Part shown: positions 13,820-27,239 of the stretch, piece by piece
How positions within the stretch are numbered: position 1 is the first letter of the stretch
Layout: the number at the start of each line of letters is the position of its first letter
The notes under the pieces: generated by a model
The model's database searches: none
Seen by the model: only the letters and a program-made list of their open reading frames with translations
Told to the model about the DNA's origin: nothing
From: Octopus vulgaris
Taxonomy: Eukaryota
Assembly: GCA_951406725.2 (NCBI GenBank)
Contig: OX597837.1
Location: 15,004,001 to 15,068,000, forward strand
DNA length: 64,000 nt
Direction: 5' to 3'
Position numbers and translations under genes: made by a program

Positions 13820-16015
13820 GGAGAGAGGTAACATCAGTGCCAAGCAATGATTAAGAATAAATGAACTTTAGGTTTATTAAAATAAAAGCCAAATTCACTG
13901 TGGTTACCATGGAGAAAAAATTCTCTCTTATGGTAAACAAATTTTTTCTCCATGGTAGTAGATTCCCACATGTGGGTTTCTAATTCTTTAGCTGTCCTCA
14001 ATAAATACATGCACACACACACACACACACACACACACCTACCTAAAGTTTTTATATACAGGTGCAGGAGTGGCTGTGTGGTAAATAGCTTGCTTATTAA
14101 CCATATGGTTCCAGGTTCAGTTCCACTGCGTGGCACCTTGGGCAAGTGTTTCATATTTTCTTGTGAGTGGATTTGGTAGATGGAGATTGAAAGAAGCCTG
14201 TTGTATATATGTGTGTGTCTGTTTGTCCCCCACCATTGCTTGACAACTGATGCTGGTGTGTTTATGTCCCTGTAACTTAGCGGTTTGGCAAAAGAGACTG
14301 ATAGAATAAGTACTAGGCTTACAAAGAATAAGTCCTGGGGGTCGATTTGCTCGACTAAAGGCAGTGCTCCAGCACGGCCACAGTCAAATGACTGTGACAA
14401 GTAAAGAGATAAAAGAGAGTCCCAGCATTTGGTCAGTGGGAATAAGTTATCTTAGAAGCTTACAAGTAAAACATGTGGTTCCCATATTAAAGATGTTGTG
14501 GAGTAGGTTGAGGAGGAGGAGAAGGAGGCTGAGACAGACAGAGGGAGGTAGATATGGGGGGGGGGGGGGCTGTTGCATCAGCAGATCATGTGACAACATA
14601 AATGTTTTCTTACCCTCGTACATTAGTTTATATTATGATAGAGGGAACTAAGAAAATCTAAATACTTTCTTCTCCATCTATTTTTGATGTAAGATTAACA
14701 GTCCAATACATAAGATAATCTCTTGTTAATCTACTGGAGGCAAGACCACAGCTCCATCATCATCATCATCATCATTTTAATGTCCACTTTTCCATGCTGG
14801 AGCAGATGGAATTTGTTGAGGAAAATTTCCTACAGCCGGATGTTCTTCCTGTTGCTAACCCTCACCTGTCTCCAAGCAACGGGATATTTTCCCCATAGCT
14901 TGATAGATTTTTCACAGAAGACTGGAAACAAATGGCATCACTTGTACAAGGTTACTGCTCATTTCCATCTACCATATTCACTCACAATGCTTTGATCAGC
15001 CTGGGGCTATAGTAGAAGATGCTTGTCCAAATTGCTCAGCAGTAGGACTGAACCCAAATCCACATGGTTCCTAAATGAGCTTCTTAACCACACAGCCATA
15101 CCTGCACCAAGTTGTTAAAAAAAAATAAAAATAAAGCTGGGGCAATAAAAAGTAAAAATCAGTGATCTCTGGATGACAAATTCACTTGAGACAAAATTAA
15201 GACGGTATCCCTGTCATAAGCTTCTAAAAACCCTGTAAACATGTTGAAGCTATTTGTTAAATTAAGCTGGATCACATTCCCTGTTCATATATTTATTTAT
15301 TATATAAGCATTAGTTGATTTTTTTTGTTTGTTATGGTTTCCTTATTTTTATTCCAGCTTTTTCCTGTATTACTTTAAGCTGAATATCATTTACCTCCCA
15401 ACAAGATTTTGCTAACGTTTCTAATTAAAAGCAATTTAATAGTTTTCCTGTTCATACAGTCTTTGTCCAGGTTCTGCCTATTTAGTTGTTTCTCATCTGG
15501 TCTGAATTGTTCTCCTATTTGAATATGTATTACATTGTTCATGCATAACAAATAAGACGTTGGTTGGTAGCAGCCAACATCTAAGATAAGAAGCTGTAAG
15601 ATGTAGGTTTCAAATGAGCGTGGCCATCACTGTGTAATTAACTTGTTGGCTCCCCGACCACGTAAATGTATTATTGAAGCATTGACTTACAGCCAAATGC
15701 CTTTCCTGTCACTAACCCTTGTGCTTTTAAAGTAAGGGATCCCTTATTTCAAAGATTTTTGAAGATGCGAAACCAGCAAACAATTTGTTGACAGACGAAA
15801 TGGCAACATCATCATCACTTGGAACTCAGTGACTTTTTGGAGAAGCATGGTTGTAAGCACACTCACATCTGTTCACATTCACACACATTCACACACACAC
15901 ACACATACACATATATGACAGAGAGAGAGTTCAAATTTACTTTAAACAAAAGACGAGCACAGGTGAGGGAACAACAAGCAGGTGTATTAGGTTGATGCTC
16001 GGGAAGAATGGAAAA

Positions 16016-16055
16016 GTCTTTGACGTTTCGAGCCTACATTCTTCAACAAAAAGGG
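16016..16055 (-). ncRNA. Degenerate hammerhead motif, same family as 29684
   Basis: Minus strand reads CTTT-TTGTTGA-AGAAT-GTAG-GCTC-GAAACGTC-AAAGAC; downstream flank aligns with the 29.7 kb and 62.2 kb copies. Confidence 0.55.
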
Positions 16056-19000
16056 ATGAGAGGAAAAAATGTGTAAGGATTAGCAGTTTAACATGATGAA
16101 ACGACCGTAATATAATACAGGAAGAAACTGGAGTAAAAAATATGTAAACCATCGAAAATATCAACTTACCCTCATCTCTCTCTCTCTCTATATATATATA
16201 TATTTATATATGTATATATATACACAGACACATGACAGGCTTTGATTGGACAGGAGTAATGGTAGAAGAAGGCAGGTGCCCAAGAGGCTGTGCAGTGAGA
16301 TTGAATCCTAAACCACACGATTTAGTAATTAACCATACAGCCACACCTGTGTCAATATGTAATTTGAGGGGCATTCGACTACTATTTCTGATGACTTAAA
16401 AAATAACTGTATAGTTACTCATCCCTACTTTGATTTAGCCCAAGATAAGTTCCACATAACCAAAAATAGTATTTCATGCTATAATTCTATCCCAACAGCT
16501 TCTTTTGAAAAATAATCTGAACGAGAATTTCTAGCAATTTTAAATTTCATTATTATTATTATTATTAACAGGATTATTGCATGGTGTTGGTGTTATTAGC
16601 TCGTGATCATCTCTTATTAAGTCTACCCATGATATAGAAGCAGCTCTGTAAATAGTCAATATTTAGCTGCCAGTTCAACACACAAGATCCAATGTATTAG
16701 GATTACATGTTTCATCGACCCCCTGGAGGATTACAGTTAAGTCTGTACTTGCAGAACCAGAATCCTGATTTAGTAATCTGAGCTAAAGAGGAACTTGACT
16801 CATTGTCATTCATCATCGACTTCAAGCCTGTGTCATGGATTTGGTTGCCTTTCTAAGTGGGTTTTGGTTTTCTGATATATTTATTTTAAGTGCTCAGCCT
16901 GCTTTTCCTTGAATTCTAACTTGCAATTCTCAAAACAATTTGTACAGTTACTGCTAAGGCAAATATGGTGACGCCTAAGCTTTGCATGAAGTCATTGGAC
17001 TGAAACATGTATTGGATTGTCTCCCATCTTTGCCAAAATAATTAAAATATTATTTAATGACCATTTTTTTTTTTATTTACTTAATCTGCTTGGAAACAAG
17101 TAAGGGTTGGTAACCCTGTAGGACATCCATAAAAACTCTGACCCATGGAAAAGTGGACATTAAAAGGATGATAATGAAATATTTTTCAGCAAATCTTTAA
17201 TGTTCCTTGCACGACAACCTTATTTCCTATTTCTTAAATGCTCTTTCTCTCTGTCCCTTTTTCTCCCTCTTTCTCTCTCTCTCTTTTGCTGTTTCTCTCT
17301 CTCTCTCCCTCTCTCAATAGGTGTGGCTGTGAGGTAAAAAGTTTGCTTTCCAACCACATGGTTCCAAGTTCAGTCCCACTGCATGGCAACTGAGACAGTG
17401 CCTTTTACTATAGCCTCACAAAGCCTTGTGAGTGGATCTGGTTGACAGAAACTGAAAGAAGCCTGTCGTGTGTGTTTGTCTCCCACCACCACTTGACAAC
17501 GGGTGTTGGTGGATTCACAATGTGTAACTTAGCAGTTCAGCTAAAGAAACTGATAGAATAAGTACCAGGCTTTACAGACACAACAAAGAAGCACTGAGGT
17601 TGGTTTGTTCAACTAAAATTCTTCAAAGCGATGCCCCAGCATGGCAGCAGTCTAATGACTAAAACAAGTAAAAGATATACTTCTTGGGGACACTAACTTA
17701 ACTATGGTTAAGATGATGGCGTGTCTGAGTAACTTATTTCCAAAGATGTTCTTTGAGAGAAGAATTTGGCTGCTTTATTGAATCGAGCAACTTGAAGGCT
17801 TCTTTGTTGGTTTACTGCCTCATTAGTTTAATCATTTGATGTTCTGTTGTTAATTGGCAGCGGTGGTGGTCATGGTGGTGGTGGCGCTGTTACCATCGGT
17901 GCCATAATGTTAACAGTTCTACTTTTAAACTGAGATGTTTGGTCTACTTTCCTGTTACCATTCTTTCTTTCTAGTCTGTGAGTGCCTGCTATAATTACAT
18001 TCTATTTTAACGACTTGTTTTGTAATTTGCTGTTTAACTTAACCTTTGTTTCATTGCTCTGTGTATATAATTATTTGCCTTTGCCAGATTTCTTTCTGAT
18101 TGCTCCAACATTGTGAATGTCTAACACGATTCTCAGCTCTCTTAAATCTATAGAAAGGTTAAAAACGATTTTGCAAATTCACTCCTCATTCTTCACAATC
18201 GTTCATTCTTCTCAGATATTCCAAACATAATCTTGTAGAACTTTTTTTTTTTGTTTTCTTTGGTGGTGGGTGAATGTGGATTCTGTAGTTATTTTGTTTC
18301 AATGTTTTTATTTGCTTGTTTTTCCCACCTCTGGGCACAAACATGGCACTATGGTTAAGGAGCTCACTTTGCCATTTGGTTTTGTGTTCTGTGCCACTGT
18401 GTTGAACCATGGGAAGTGTCTTTTACTGGAGCCCCAAGTCAACCAATAACTTGTGAGTGAATTTGGTAAATGCAAACTAAAAGCCTATCGTATATGTGTT
18501 CATGTTTGTTCCTCACACACATACCATTTGACAGCCAGTGAGGGTTTGTTTACATCCCTGTAATTTAACAGTTTGGCAAAAGAGATCACCAGAATATATG
18601 CCAGACTTTAAAAACTTAAGTACTGGGCTTGATTTCTTCAACCAAACTCTTCACGGCCACAATCAAATGATTGAAACAAGTAAACGCTAAAAGATTCCAA
18701 AGTTCCATCTTCGGTGGAGACGCCACAGGTTCTTAACTAAATTATTCTAAATATGAGCTTAAGTATATTCTACACACACACACACACACTGGAGTGTAAG
18801 AATGGAAATAAAAGTACTCAATACATCTAGAAGAATTTATTTGATGAAAGCTGATGATTCTCCACCATTTCTACTTGTTTGGGTTTTTTTTTTCCTTCTT
18901 CCCCACTTTTGTTTGAATGATTTACTTCAATTCATATTCCGGTGTTTTACTGTTTTGTCTGCAAATTGTTTCTGAGATGCCTTTGCCTCTCATACTCCCG

Positions 19001-20303
19001 AGGTCACTGAAATAAGCACCAATAATGGCTACAGACTTAATAATACATTATTTCTATTCCTCATAAATGGTAATCAAGAGAAATCAATAGCCTGAGTTCA
19101 AATTATTCTGCTGTATCCCTTCCTTAGAAAATATTGGCTTTGTGCCTCATTGAAATAAATCAATATTTCCTGAAAGCTAGAATTTCATCACCCCCTCCTC
19201 TTCCTCCTCCCCAATTATTGTCCAGACTTACATTTTATAGACATTACAGTGTGGGAAGTAGTTTGCTACCCAACCACATGGTTCCAGGTTCATTTCCATT
19301 GCATGGCACCTTGGGAAAATGTCTTCTACTGTAGTCCCAGGTTGACCAAAGCCTTGTGAGTGGATTTGACAGAAGGAAACTGAAAGAAGCCCATCATGTT
19401 TGTGTGTGTGTGTGTGTGCATAGCTTTGCGTTTGTCCCCTACCACTACTTGACTACTGGTACTGGTTTGTTTACATCCCCATAACTTAGGACTTCAGCAT
19501 AAGAGACCATTAAAATAGGCTTTAAAAAAATAAGAACTTGGGTCAGTTTATTTGACTGAAAGCCTTCAAGGCGAATGCTCCAGCATGACCACCATCCAAT
19601 CACTGAAACAAGTAAAAGATAATGTTTGTGAATCTCTACAGTTCTTGGTATTTAAGCCACTTCCTCTTCGGTCCTCCTAAACCCAATCTTCTCAGAATGT
19701 TTTCTTCTCTGGCATTCCATCCCTGCCCCTGTTTGTTTTGTCCCCTGCAGCATCAACTCAGAACTATTTGAGATGAACATGAATCATGTTGATCTTATCA
19801 GCCTTGGAAGGTCTTCAATAGCCATTGACGCCACTTCTTCCTTCAGCCCTTAGCAATCAAAAATAATGTAGGCCCTGACTGAGCAGCAGACCTGTGATGG
19901 AAAATATTCCTCTCATAATCATCTCTTTTTTTTCCATTAATGTACATTGTGCTAATTACCCAATGGTAGTCTTTACAACAGTGGGGTATGATTTGAAGGA
20001 AATTAACTGTTATGTCAAACAAGCCCTGTTGGCCTTAGATCCCTTGCAAATTATACAATGTAAGGGCTTTTTATATTAATCCCACCCCACCCCCGCATTT
20101 ACCATTAATGGTATCCTATTCACACTCAAATAGAAATTGTAAATATTTCTTCTCATTTGGCAATCCTCTTTAAGATTATCATCTTGAAAGTTTCTTACGC
20201 CAGAGGTTGATTTGATGTCAGGTGTAAAAATCAGGGTTGTTTACATTATCAGTGACTTCCTTACGAAACAAGTATTACTATTATTATTATCATCATTATT
20301 ATT

Positions 20304-20334
<31 letters not shown>

Positions 20335-20980
20335 CAACTATGAATAAACCATGGACCCAGATTGTTTATGCGATGCTCAGTCTGATTCCCTTTCAGGGCC
20401 ACCATCTGTTTTACTGGCATCAGTTTGTTTTGCTTTTTGTTTATTCTTCAACCTTCTTATTTCCATGTGTAAGATGAGATTTCTTCTTTTTTTCCCCCTA
20501 TATAACACTTCTCTCTCTCTCTCTCTCTCAACTCACCCTCAACACACATTTTACCATTTTCCCCTATATGTGCCCCTCCCCTCCAAAAATTACTTGGGAT
20601 CAGCTAGTTTTGTTCACAGGGTCTAACAATATTAGTTCAGAGTTAAACCAGAGAAAGTTTAGCCAATATTCCACATTTTTCGTTTTCTATGTGGAGTATT
20701 TCTTTGGAGATCCTTCAAGAATCACTGAGTCTGTCTTCGGTAATGATCAACTTACCTGAATGGCATTGCAGATAGAACTGGTTGTTGTTGAGCCCCAGGT
20801 TATCATCAAAAGCATTCCCGTTATGGCCATCCCATCTTAAGAGTGTCTTGGTCTATATTATCTAATGTATCTTCTCCCCAACCTTTTTTTTTTTTCTTTT
20901 TGTAAGACTATAAATTGATGGATATTTGGCTGCTATATCTAGAAGGTTGAGCAACTGCATCGAGATTCTTTGACTGATTT

Positions 20981-21032
20981 GTTAGGAAGATATGTTAGGA
21001 ATATAAGTTAGGAAGATAAGTTAGGAAGATAT
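20981..21032. repeat. 13-bp minisatellite (GTTAGGAAGATAW) x4
   Basis: Four contiguous units read directly. Confidence 0.9.
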
Positions 21033-21400
21033 GGTAGTAAGAGTTCATAAAATACCAATAAATTTGATGAGCAAGAAGAACGGAAATGCTTGTTTCAAAC
21101 TTTTGTCCCCCGGAAGAGATCAGGAAACACTGAAAGCATTGTTGACCTGGCTCTCAGCAACGAGTGACTATATATCAAGATTCTATAACCTTTCTTTTAC
21201 ATTCATCGTTTCAATGCAGACGAGCTCTAGGGTCCTTGGAGTCCAAACTTCACCTAATTTCTGGTTAGTTAGGCACAAAGTCCAGAGAGATGCTTAGTCC
21301 CAAGAACCAAAATCAATGAATTGACAGAGAATCCATAACTGTTAAGTCACATGACCATTGCAACTCTTTATTCTAATAGGAAACTAACCCTAACCCTTAT

Positions 21401-21574
21401 AGGCGCAGGAGTGGCTGTGTGGTAAGTAGCTTGCTTACGAACCACATGGTTCCGGGTTCATTCCCACTGCGTGGCACCTTGGGCAAGTGTCTTCTACTAT
21501 AGCCTCAGGCCGACCAAAGCCTTGTGAGTGGATTTGGTAGACGGAAACTGAAAGAAGCCCGTCGTATATATATG

Positions 21575-21619
<45 letters not shown>

Positions 21620-21815
21620 GTGTGTCTGTTTGTCCCCCCAACATCGCTTGACAACCGATGCTGGTGTGTTTACGTCCCCGCAACTTAGCGGTTCGACAAA
21701 AGAGACCGATACAATAAGTACTAGGCTTACAAAGAATAAGTCCTGGGGTCGATTTGCTCGACTAAAGGCGGTGCTCCAGCATGGCTACAGTCACATGGCT
21801 GAAACGAGTAAAAGA
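21401..21815 (+). mobile_element. tRNA-derived SINE family A, best-preserved copy
   Basis: A box TGGCTGTGTGG, B box GGTTCATTCCC, internal (TA)n/(TG)n, tail CAGTCA..TGACTGAAACAAGTAAAAGA. Other copies at about 5278-5680, 14060-14420, 17318-17676, 18331-18695 and 19250-19620 (+), and 4800-4975, 23095-23390, 25676-25838, 44000-44365, 47575-47940 and 61730-62105 (-). Confidence 0.9.
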
Positions 21816-21901
21816 GAGAGAGAGAGAGAGAGACACCAGAAATTCTTACATTCAGTTTATTAAGTCCCAGGTCTGTTGATTATCATTGCTACATGGCTAA
21901 G

Positions 21902-21956
21902 GGCTTGCAAAGTTTAATGGCTTGCAAATTTAATGGCTTGCAAGTTTAATGGCTTG
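21902..21956. repeat. 16-17 bp minisatellite (GGCTTGCAAGTTTAAT) x3.4
   Basis: Read directly. Confidence 0.9.
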
Positions 21957-22267
21957 TGTGCAATATTATACTGTTCCAATCTACTTCATCTCAGCTATCT
22001 TTCAGTTGTTCTCAAGAAGTCTATTTCTGTGTTATGTAGACTAGAGAAACTATTAATAATTCTCTTCAGTCTGCAATGCATTGACATCTCTCCAGAAAAT
22101 GCTGTTGGTAGCCACCTGGCATAAGATTCCTCAGTTCCACTTGTTGTAGAGAAACCATTTGCATAAAAACTATTCAGTCTGTGATGAGGAAGCGACAACA
22201 CTGACTAAACTACTATTATTATTATTATTATTATTATTGTAATCATTTCACTAAGTATGGGAGACAA

Positions 22268-22308
22268 CTTCAGACATGTTTCGTTATCATTAAACTTCAT
22301 CAGCGAAG
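22268..22308 (-). ncRNA. Type I minimal hammerhead ribozyme, near intact
   Basis: Minus strand reads CTTCG-CTGATGA-A-GTT(TAATGAT)AAC-GAAA-CATG-TC-TGAAG: stem I, canonical core, stem II, palindromic stem III (ACATGT) and a GUC cleavage triplet. Confidence 0.75.
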
Positions 22309-23831
22309 CATAGATTTCACCATGATTGCTCACAGGATTATGTTAATGACATGCAACAGTATATTACTGGTATTATGAACCCAAAAGGAGAGCCTTTATG
22401 CAGTTGCTTAATCTGCTGGAAATGGCAGTAAAATTTCTCTCAAATCACTCCCCTACTTTCTTTAAATGAAGGGAAGGCAACACATTGATGTAGTCCCTGA
22501 TATATTAAGACAGGATAGTCATGTTTGGAACACTTTTGCTTATAGGGCTGCTTAATCAGGTATGATCAGGGATGGAGAGCTAAACAATGACAACATCCAG
22601 TGTTAGGGAACTTGAAAATTGTTAGTGGTAAAAAAGAAATCTCTTCTTTAGGGAGTGGAAGGTGGGGGAGCCTTTTTCCTTCCTTTTTTTTTCTTCTTTC
22701 CCAAACACTTCCTTTTGAGAGAGGAAGCTGTCATAAAAGGAAATAAACCTTTTAACATGTTATACTCCGCAGATATTTGAAATCTTAATCATTCCATGAT
22801 GTTAAATATAATCAGTCAGTAGTCAGACAACACATATCTGACCAGATGTCTTTCCATCATGCACACACACACACACACACACAAAGGGAAGCAGAAGGCT
22901 TTCTGCTTCCCTTTTGTTTACCCCCACTAGGTACACTTGCTACAAACAGAAGCAACAAAAGCTTCCCCTTTACAAAATGCCTTCCTTAGTTTTTTTTTTG
23001 TTTGTTTTTTTCATTTTGTTTTTCTTTTCATTTCACAGCACAAATTTGAAATTCCTAGCAGCTCCTAAGACATATATGTGTGTGTGTGTGGTATTTATTC
23101 TGTTGGTGATTTTTGCTGAACCACTAAGTTAGGAAGATATAAACAAACCAACAATGGTTGACAAGCATTAGTGGGGATGGAATGCAAGCACATACAGACA
23201 TGAACACATAAGCACACACACATAAGCACACACACACACACACATATATATGATGGGATTCCATGAAATTCTACAGTTTCCATCCACCAAATCCACTCAC
23301 AAGGTTTTGGTCAGCCCATTGTTGTAGTAGAAGACTCTTACCCAAGGTGTCACGCAGGACTGAACCTAAAACTATGTGGTTTCAAGGCAAACTAATTAGC
23401 AAATTAATTGGAGGAAAAAAAAGCAAAAATGATTAAATGGATTCTGAGAGCATCAGGCAAAATGCTTTGCATTCAGCACTTTTTTGCATCCTGTGTTTTT
23501 ATCACATTGAGGTCAACATCTAACATTCTTCTGGGGTCAATAAATAAATTTTAAAAATCCTCAAGGGCAGTGGCTGTGCAGAATTGTTAGAGGATCAAGT
23601 TGCCTAGCAACATGTTCTAGCTCTTTGTATTACTAGTCCAAATCTTACCATGATGGCCTGTTTGAGTGTAAAAACATCACCCAGTTTAACACCACCGCCA
23701 CCCAGTCCTTGGGTACCCCAAACTAATCAATCTAACAAGTTTCCAGCTCTTGTTTCTAACTTCAGCAAATTATTTGTGTGATGCCTGCAGGTGTCTACCA
23801 ACTGATCATAAATTGTCGTGTGCACAGGGGG

Positions 23832-23877
23832 TTTGACTGATGAGGCGCAACGATGTTGAAACATCAGGTGTTCCAGA
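23832..23877 (+). ncRNA. Degenerate type I hammerhead motif with looped stem III
   Basis: TTTGA-CTGATGA-GGCG(CAACGA)TGTT-GAAA-CAT(CAG)GTG-TT-CCAGA. Core intact; stem II held mostly by G-U pairs consistent with C>T decay; one mismatch at the base of stem I. Confidence 0.4.
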
Positions 23878-25998
23878 GTCCCATTAGGCTAATGAATTGT
23901 GTTAGGAGCACACATTTGCCTAAAAGTCATTGTTGTAGATCTCCTGTGGCAAAAGACGACAGGAATTGATCTCTTCTGGAATGTATTAATAAATAAGCAA
24001 ATCATAATAACAATAATAATAATGGTTTCAAATTTTGGCACAAGGCTAGCAATTTCAGGGGAGGGATGAGTCAATTACATTGACCCCAGTGTTCAACTGG
24101 TGCTTATTTTATTTCATCCCTGAAAGGATGAAAGGCCAAGTCAACCCCAACAGCATTTGAACTCAGAACATAAAGATGGACGAAGTGCCACCAGGCAGCA
24201 TGCTACCAATCCTGCCAGCTCATCACAATAATAATAATCTTTTCTACTCTAGGCACAAAGTCTGAAAATTTGGGGAAGAGGGCTAGTCGATTAGATCAAC
24301 CCCAGTACGCAACTGGTACTTAATTTATCGACCCCAAAAGGATGAAAGGCAAAGTTGGCCTCAGCGGAATTTGAACTCAGAACCTAATGACAGACAAAAA
24401 TATAATAATAATGATAATAACTAACCAAATGCCATCTTGTGCAAACAACGATTGGGTGTTTGATATTCAAGTGAGAACATCTAAAGAAAAAAAATAAATA
24501 ATGCAAATTTTTTCTTGTTTTTTTTCCTCTTTTGAATCGCTTTCTTCTCCCGCTAACCCCTTGAAGATGTTTATATCTGATAATTTTGTTGGAATTTAAA
24601 ACTCTCTTTTCAAACCAAATTATTTCTTAATGATAAAGCAACAGATAATGAAAGTAATCTATAATTCTTGATTATTCAAGCTGAATTCCACAGACATTTC
24701 TCATGTCTGCATTGATGTCGCACCTCTTCAAGAAGTTATTCCCCCCCCCCAGTTCCCTAAAGCCTTTCCCCTGCATATTTTACAAGTCCTTGTTTCAAAT
24801 CTGCTGCTCCTGTCTTTGTATTAATTTATAATTATTTCTTCTTATTTTTTTTAATTAATTATAGTTTACTATGACAACTATTTTTATATTATGGAAAAAT
24901 ATTTCCATTTGAATTTAAGAAATGAACAGCATTTTATCTTCATCAATTAGCAAAGCCTGATGTAATAATAATAATAATAATAATAATGGTTATAGTTTTA
25001 TGATGTTTAGCTTGACTGCAATAGTTTATTTTCCTCTTCTCAGGCACACACATTGTGTGTGTGTGTAGGAGCAGTGAATCTTGAAGCAGACAATGCTATA
25101 AACAGTAGTGTGAAAATATTGAGTTCAAACATTCCTTGTGTCAGAAAAAGTTGAAGGTTGCATTCTCTTAAAAAGAACCATTCCACATTCTCTCTCAGAT
25201 TTCTAAATTATGATGTTAACAATAAATATAATAGATTTGATAATAAAATAATAATGAAATTGTGTGTGTATGTACATACACAGACACACACAATTTCATT
25301 ATTATTATATATATATATATATATAAAACCATGATATTTTACATTCTTATTTAGCATTTGTGCTAATTTGTTCCATTTGTTCTTTACATTCACTTTTCCA
25401 TGCTGACATGGGTTAGGGGAATATATTATTGAAGGATTGCTTCAAGTCAGGGATCTTTTGCTTCACACCTCTTTGAAAACTCAAAAAGCAAACAAGCAAT
25501 TTTGTTGACAAGGCAAAGTGACGACAACAGCACTGCTCTCGGCAAGCAATTTATGTAGGGCCCAAATGTGAACAAATGCACATGCACACGTACACACACA
25601 CAAAGACACGCAAATATATATACATATATATATGTATATATATACACACATACATATATATATATACATATATACAATGGGCTTCTTCCAGTTTCCGTGT
25701 CTACCAAATCCACTCACAAGGTTTTGGTCGGCCCGTGGCTACAGTAGACATTTGCCCAAGGTGCCACGCAATGGGACTGAACCCAGAACCATGTGGTTGG
25801 GAAGCAAGCTTCTTACCACACAGCCACACCTGTGCCTATATTCATATAAATAATGAGAAACATATTTCCTCTTTGTTTTAAACAAGTTTTTATAAGATTC
25901 TGTAGAATTATTCTTTGAGTAACAAATCTTAGTCATTGGTGTCAGGCACTTTAGTCATCCGGAGTCTAAAAACCTACTAACCATTCTGACTGACTGGT

Positions 25999-26000
<2 letters not shown>

Positions 26001-26083
<83 letters not shown>
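26001..26083. repeat. (TC)n microsatellite of about 40 units; representative of many (TA)n, (CA)n, (ATT)n and (GAT)n tracts
   Basis: Read directly. Confidence 0.95.
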
Positions 26084-26088
<5 letters not shown>

Positions 26089-26835
26089 CCCATATTCACG
26101 TGTTGTTACTAAACAGACTTTTGGAAGCAAGATTGAGGCATTAAAGAAACGTTAACGCAATCTGAAGTTTTGAAGAATTTTTAAAATACTTCAGATATAT
26201 TTGACGAATGACCTTTCTTAGGTTGGAAGCAGGCTGGGGGGAGGGATCAGGTCAGTAAAATTAAAATTTGATTTCATTAAAAACGAAAAATTAAAAAATG
26301 CAGATATTTAAATTAGGTAAGTCAAACAAAATTGAATCTTACTAATGAACAGCAGATCTCCACCCTTGCTATTAGAAAAAGAAAAAAAAAACCCTTTGAA
26401 ATATTTCGCATAGTTTTGTAGTACATCACAGCTGGTCCATATAAGCTGTTTCTGAGCTTATGTGGCAACGGGGTCTTTTTCCTTCTCCTTTTTTTTTTCT
26501 CCATTTCATCTCTTTCCTTCTCTGCATCTATCTTATTATCAAATCTTTCTTTGCATCTCTATTTACCTACCTCGTAATATCTGTGTACATTACACAGACA
26601 GATGCTAGCAACGTTGCTATCTCTTGGAATCGTGGGTGAACGCCATTAGTTTTTTGTGGTGTTCTGTGAGAATCTAACAACTGATCAACCATTCTTCATC
26701 ATCATCATCATCATCCTCATCATCATCATCAACAGCAGCAGCAAGCATGGAAAACATCTACTTTCCCATGCTTGTATGGGTCGGAGGAAAATATGCTGGG
26801 GGTAGAGTATTCTAAGACTAGATGCCCTTCCACTT

Positions 26836-27066
26836 ATTTCTTTACTGCCCACAAGGGGCTACACACAGAGGGGACAAACAAGGACAGACAAACCGATTAA
26901 GTCAATTATAACGACCCCAGTGTGTAACTGGTACTTAATTTATCGACCCCGAAAAGATGAAAGGCAAAGTCGACCTCAGCGGAATTTGAACTCGGAACAT
27001 AATGGCAGACGAAATACCGCTAAGTATTTCGCCCAGAGTGCTAACGTTTCTGCCAGCTTGCTGCCT
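26836..27066 (-). mobile_element. tRNA-derived SINE family C with Nin/Deu-like central domain, nested in an older SINE
   Basis: Minus strand has an A box (CTGGCAGAAACGTTAGC), a B box (GAGTTCAAATTCC) and GCCTTTCATCTTTTCGGGGTCGATAAATTAAGTACCAG. Flanked by direct repeat ccttccactt (26826-26835, 27064-27073). Other copies at about 10108-10330, 40058-40270, 40308-40520 and 63040-63265 (+), and 24020-24225 and 24240-24400 (-). Confidence 0.85.
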
Positions 27067-27205
27067 TCCACTTGCCAACCCACATCTGTTTTCAAATGAG
27101 CCAATAGCCTCCCAGACTAACAAACAACCCGGACATGCTTTCATAGTGGACTACAAGCAAACAGCACCATCAGGAAGCCATTATTTACAAACCAGCAAAC
27201 AAGAA

Positions 27206-27239
<34 letters not shown>

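Noticed and set aside
21384-21397. Telomere-like CTAACCCTAACCCT; similar motif at about 31733
   Set aside because: Only two units, too short to call an interstitial telomere.
21401-21475. tRNA gene
   Set aside because: A/B boxes belong to a multi-copy SINE head; no complete cloverleaf is evident.
22883-22914. 14-bp perfect hairpin followed by Ts, resembling a rho-independent terminator; similar short hairpins at 58098-58129 and 60189-60225
   Set aside because: Eukaryotic intron; too short for a pre-miRNA and best explained as micro-inversions.
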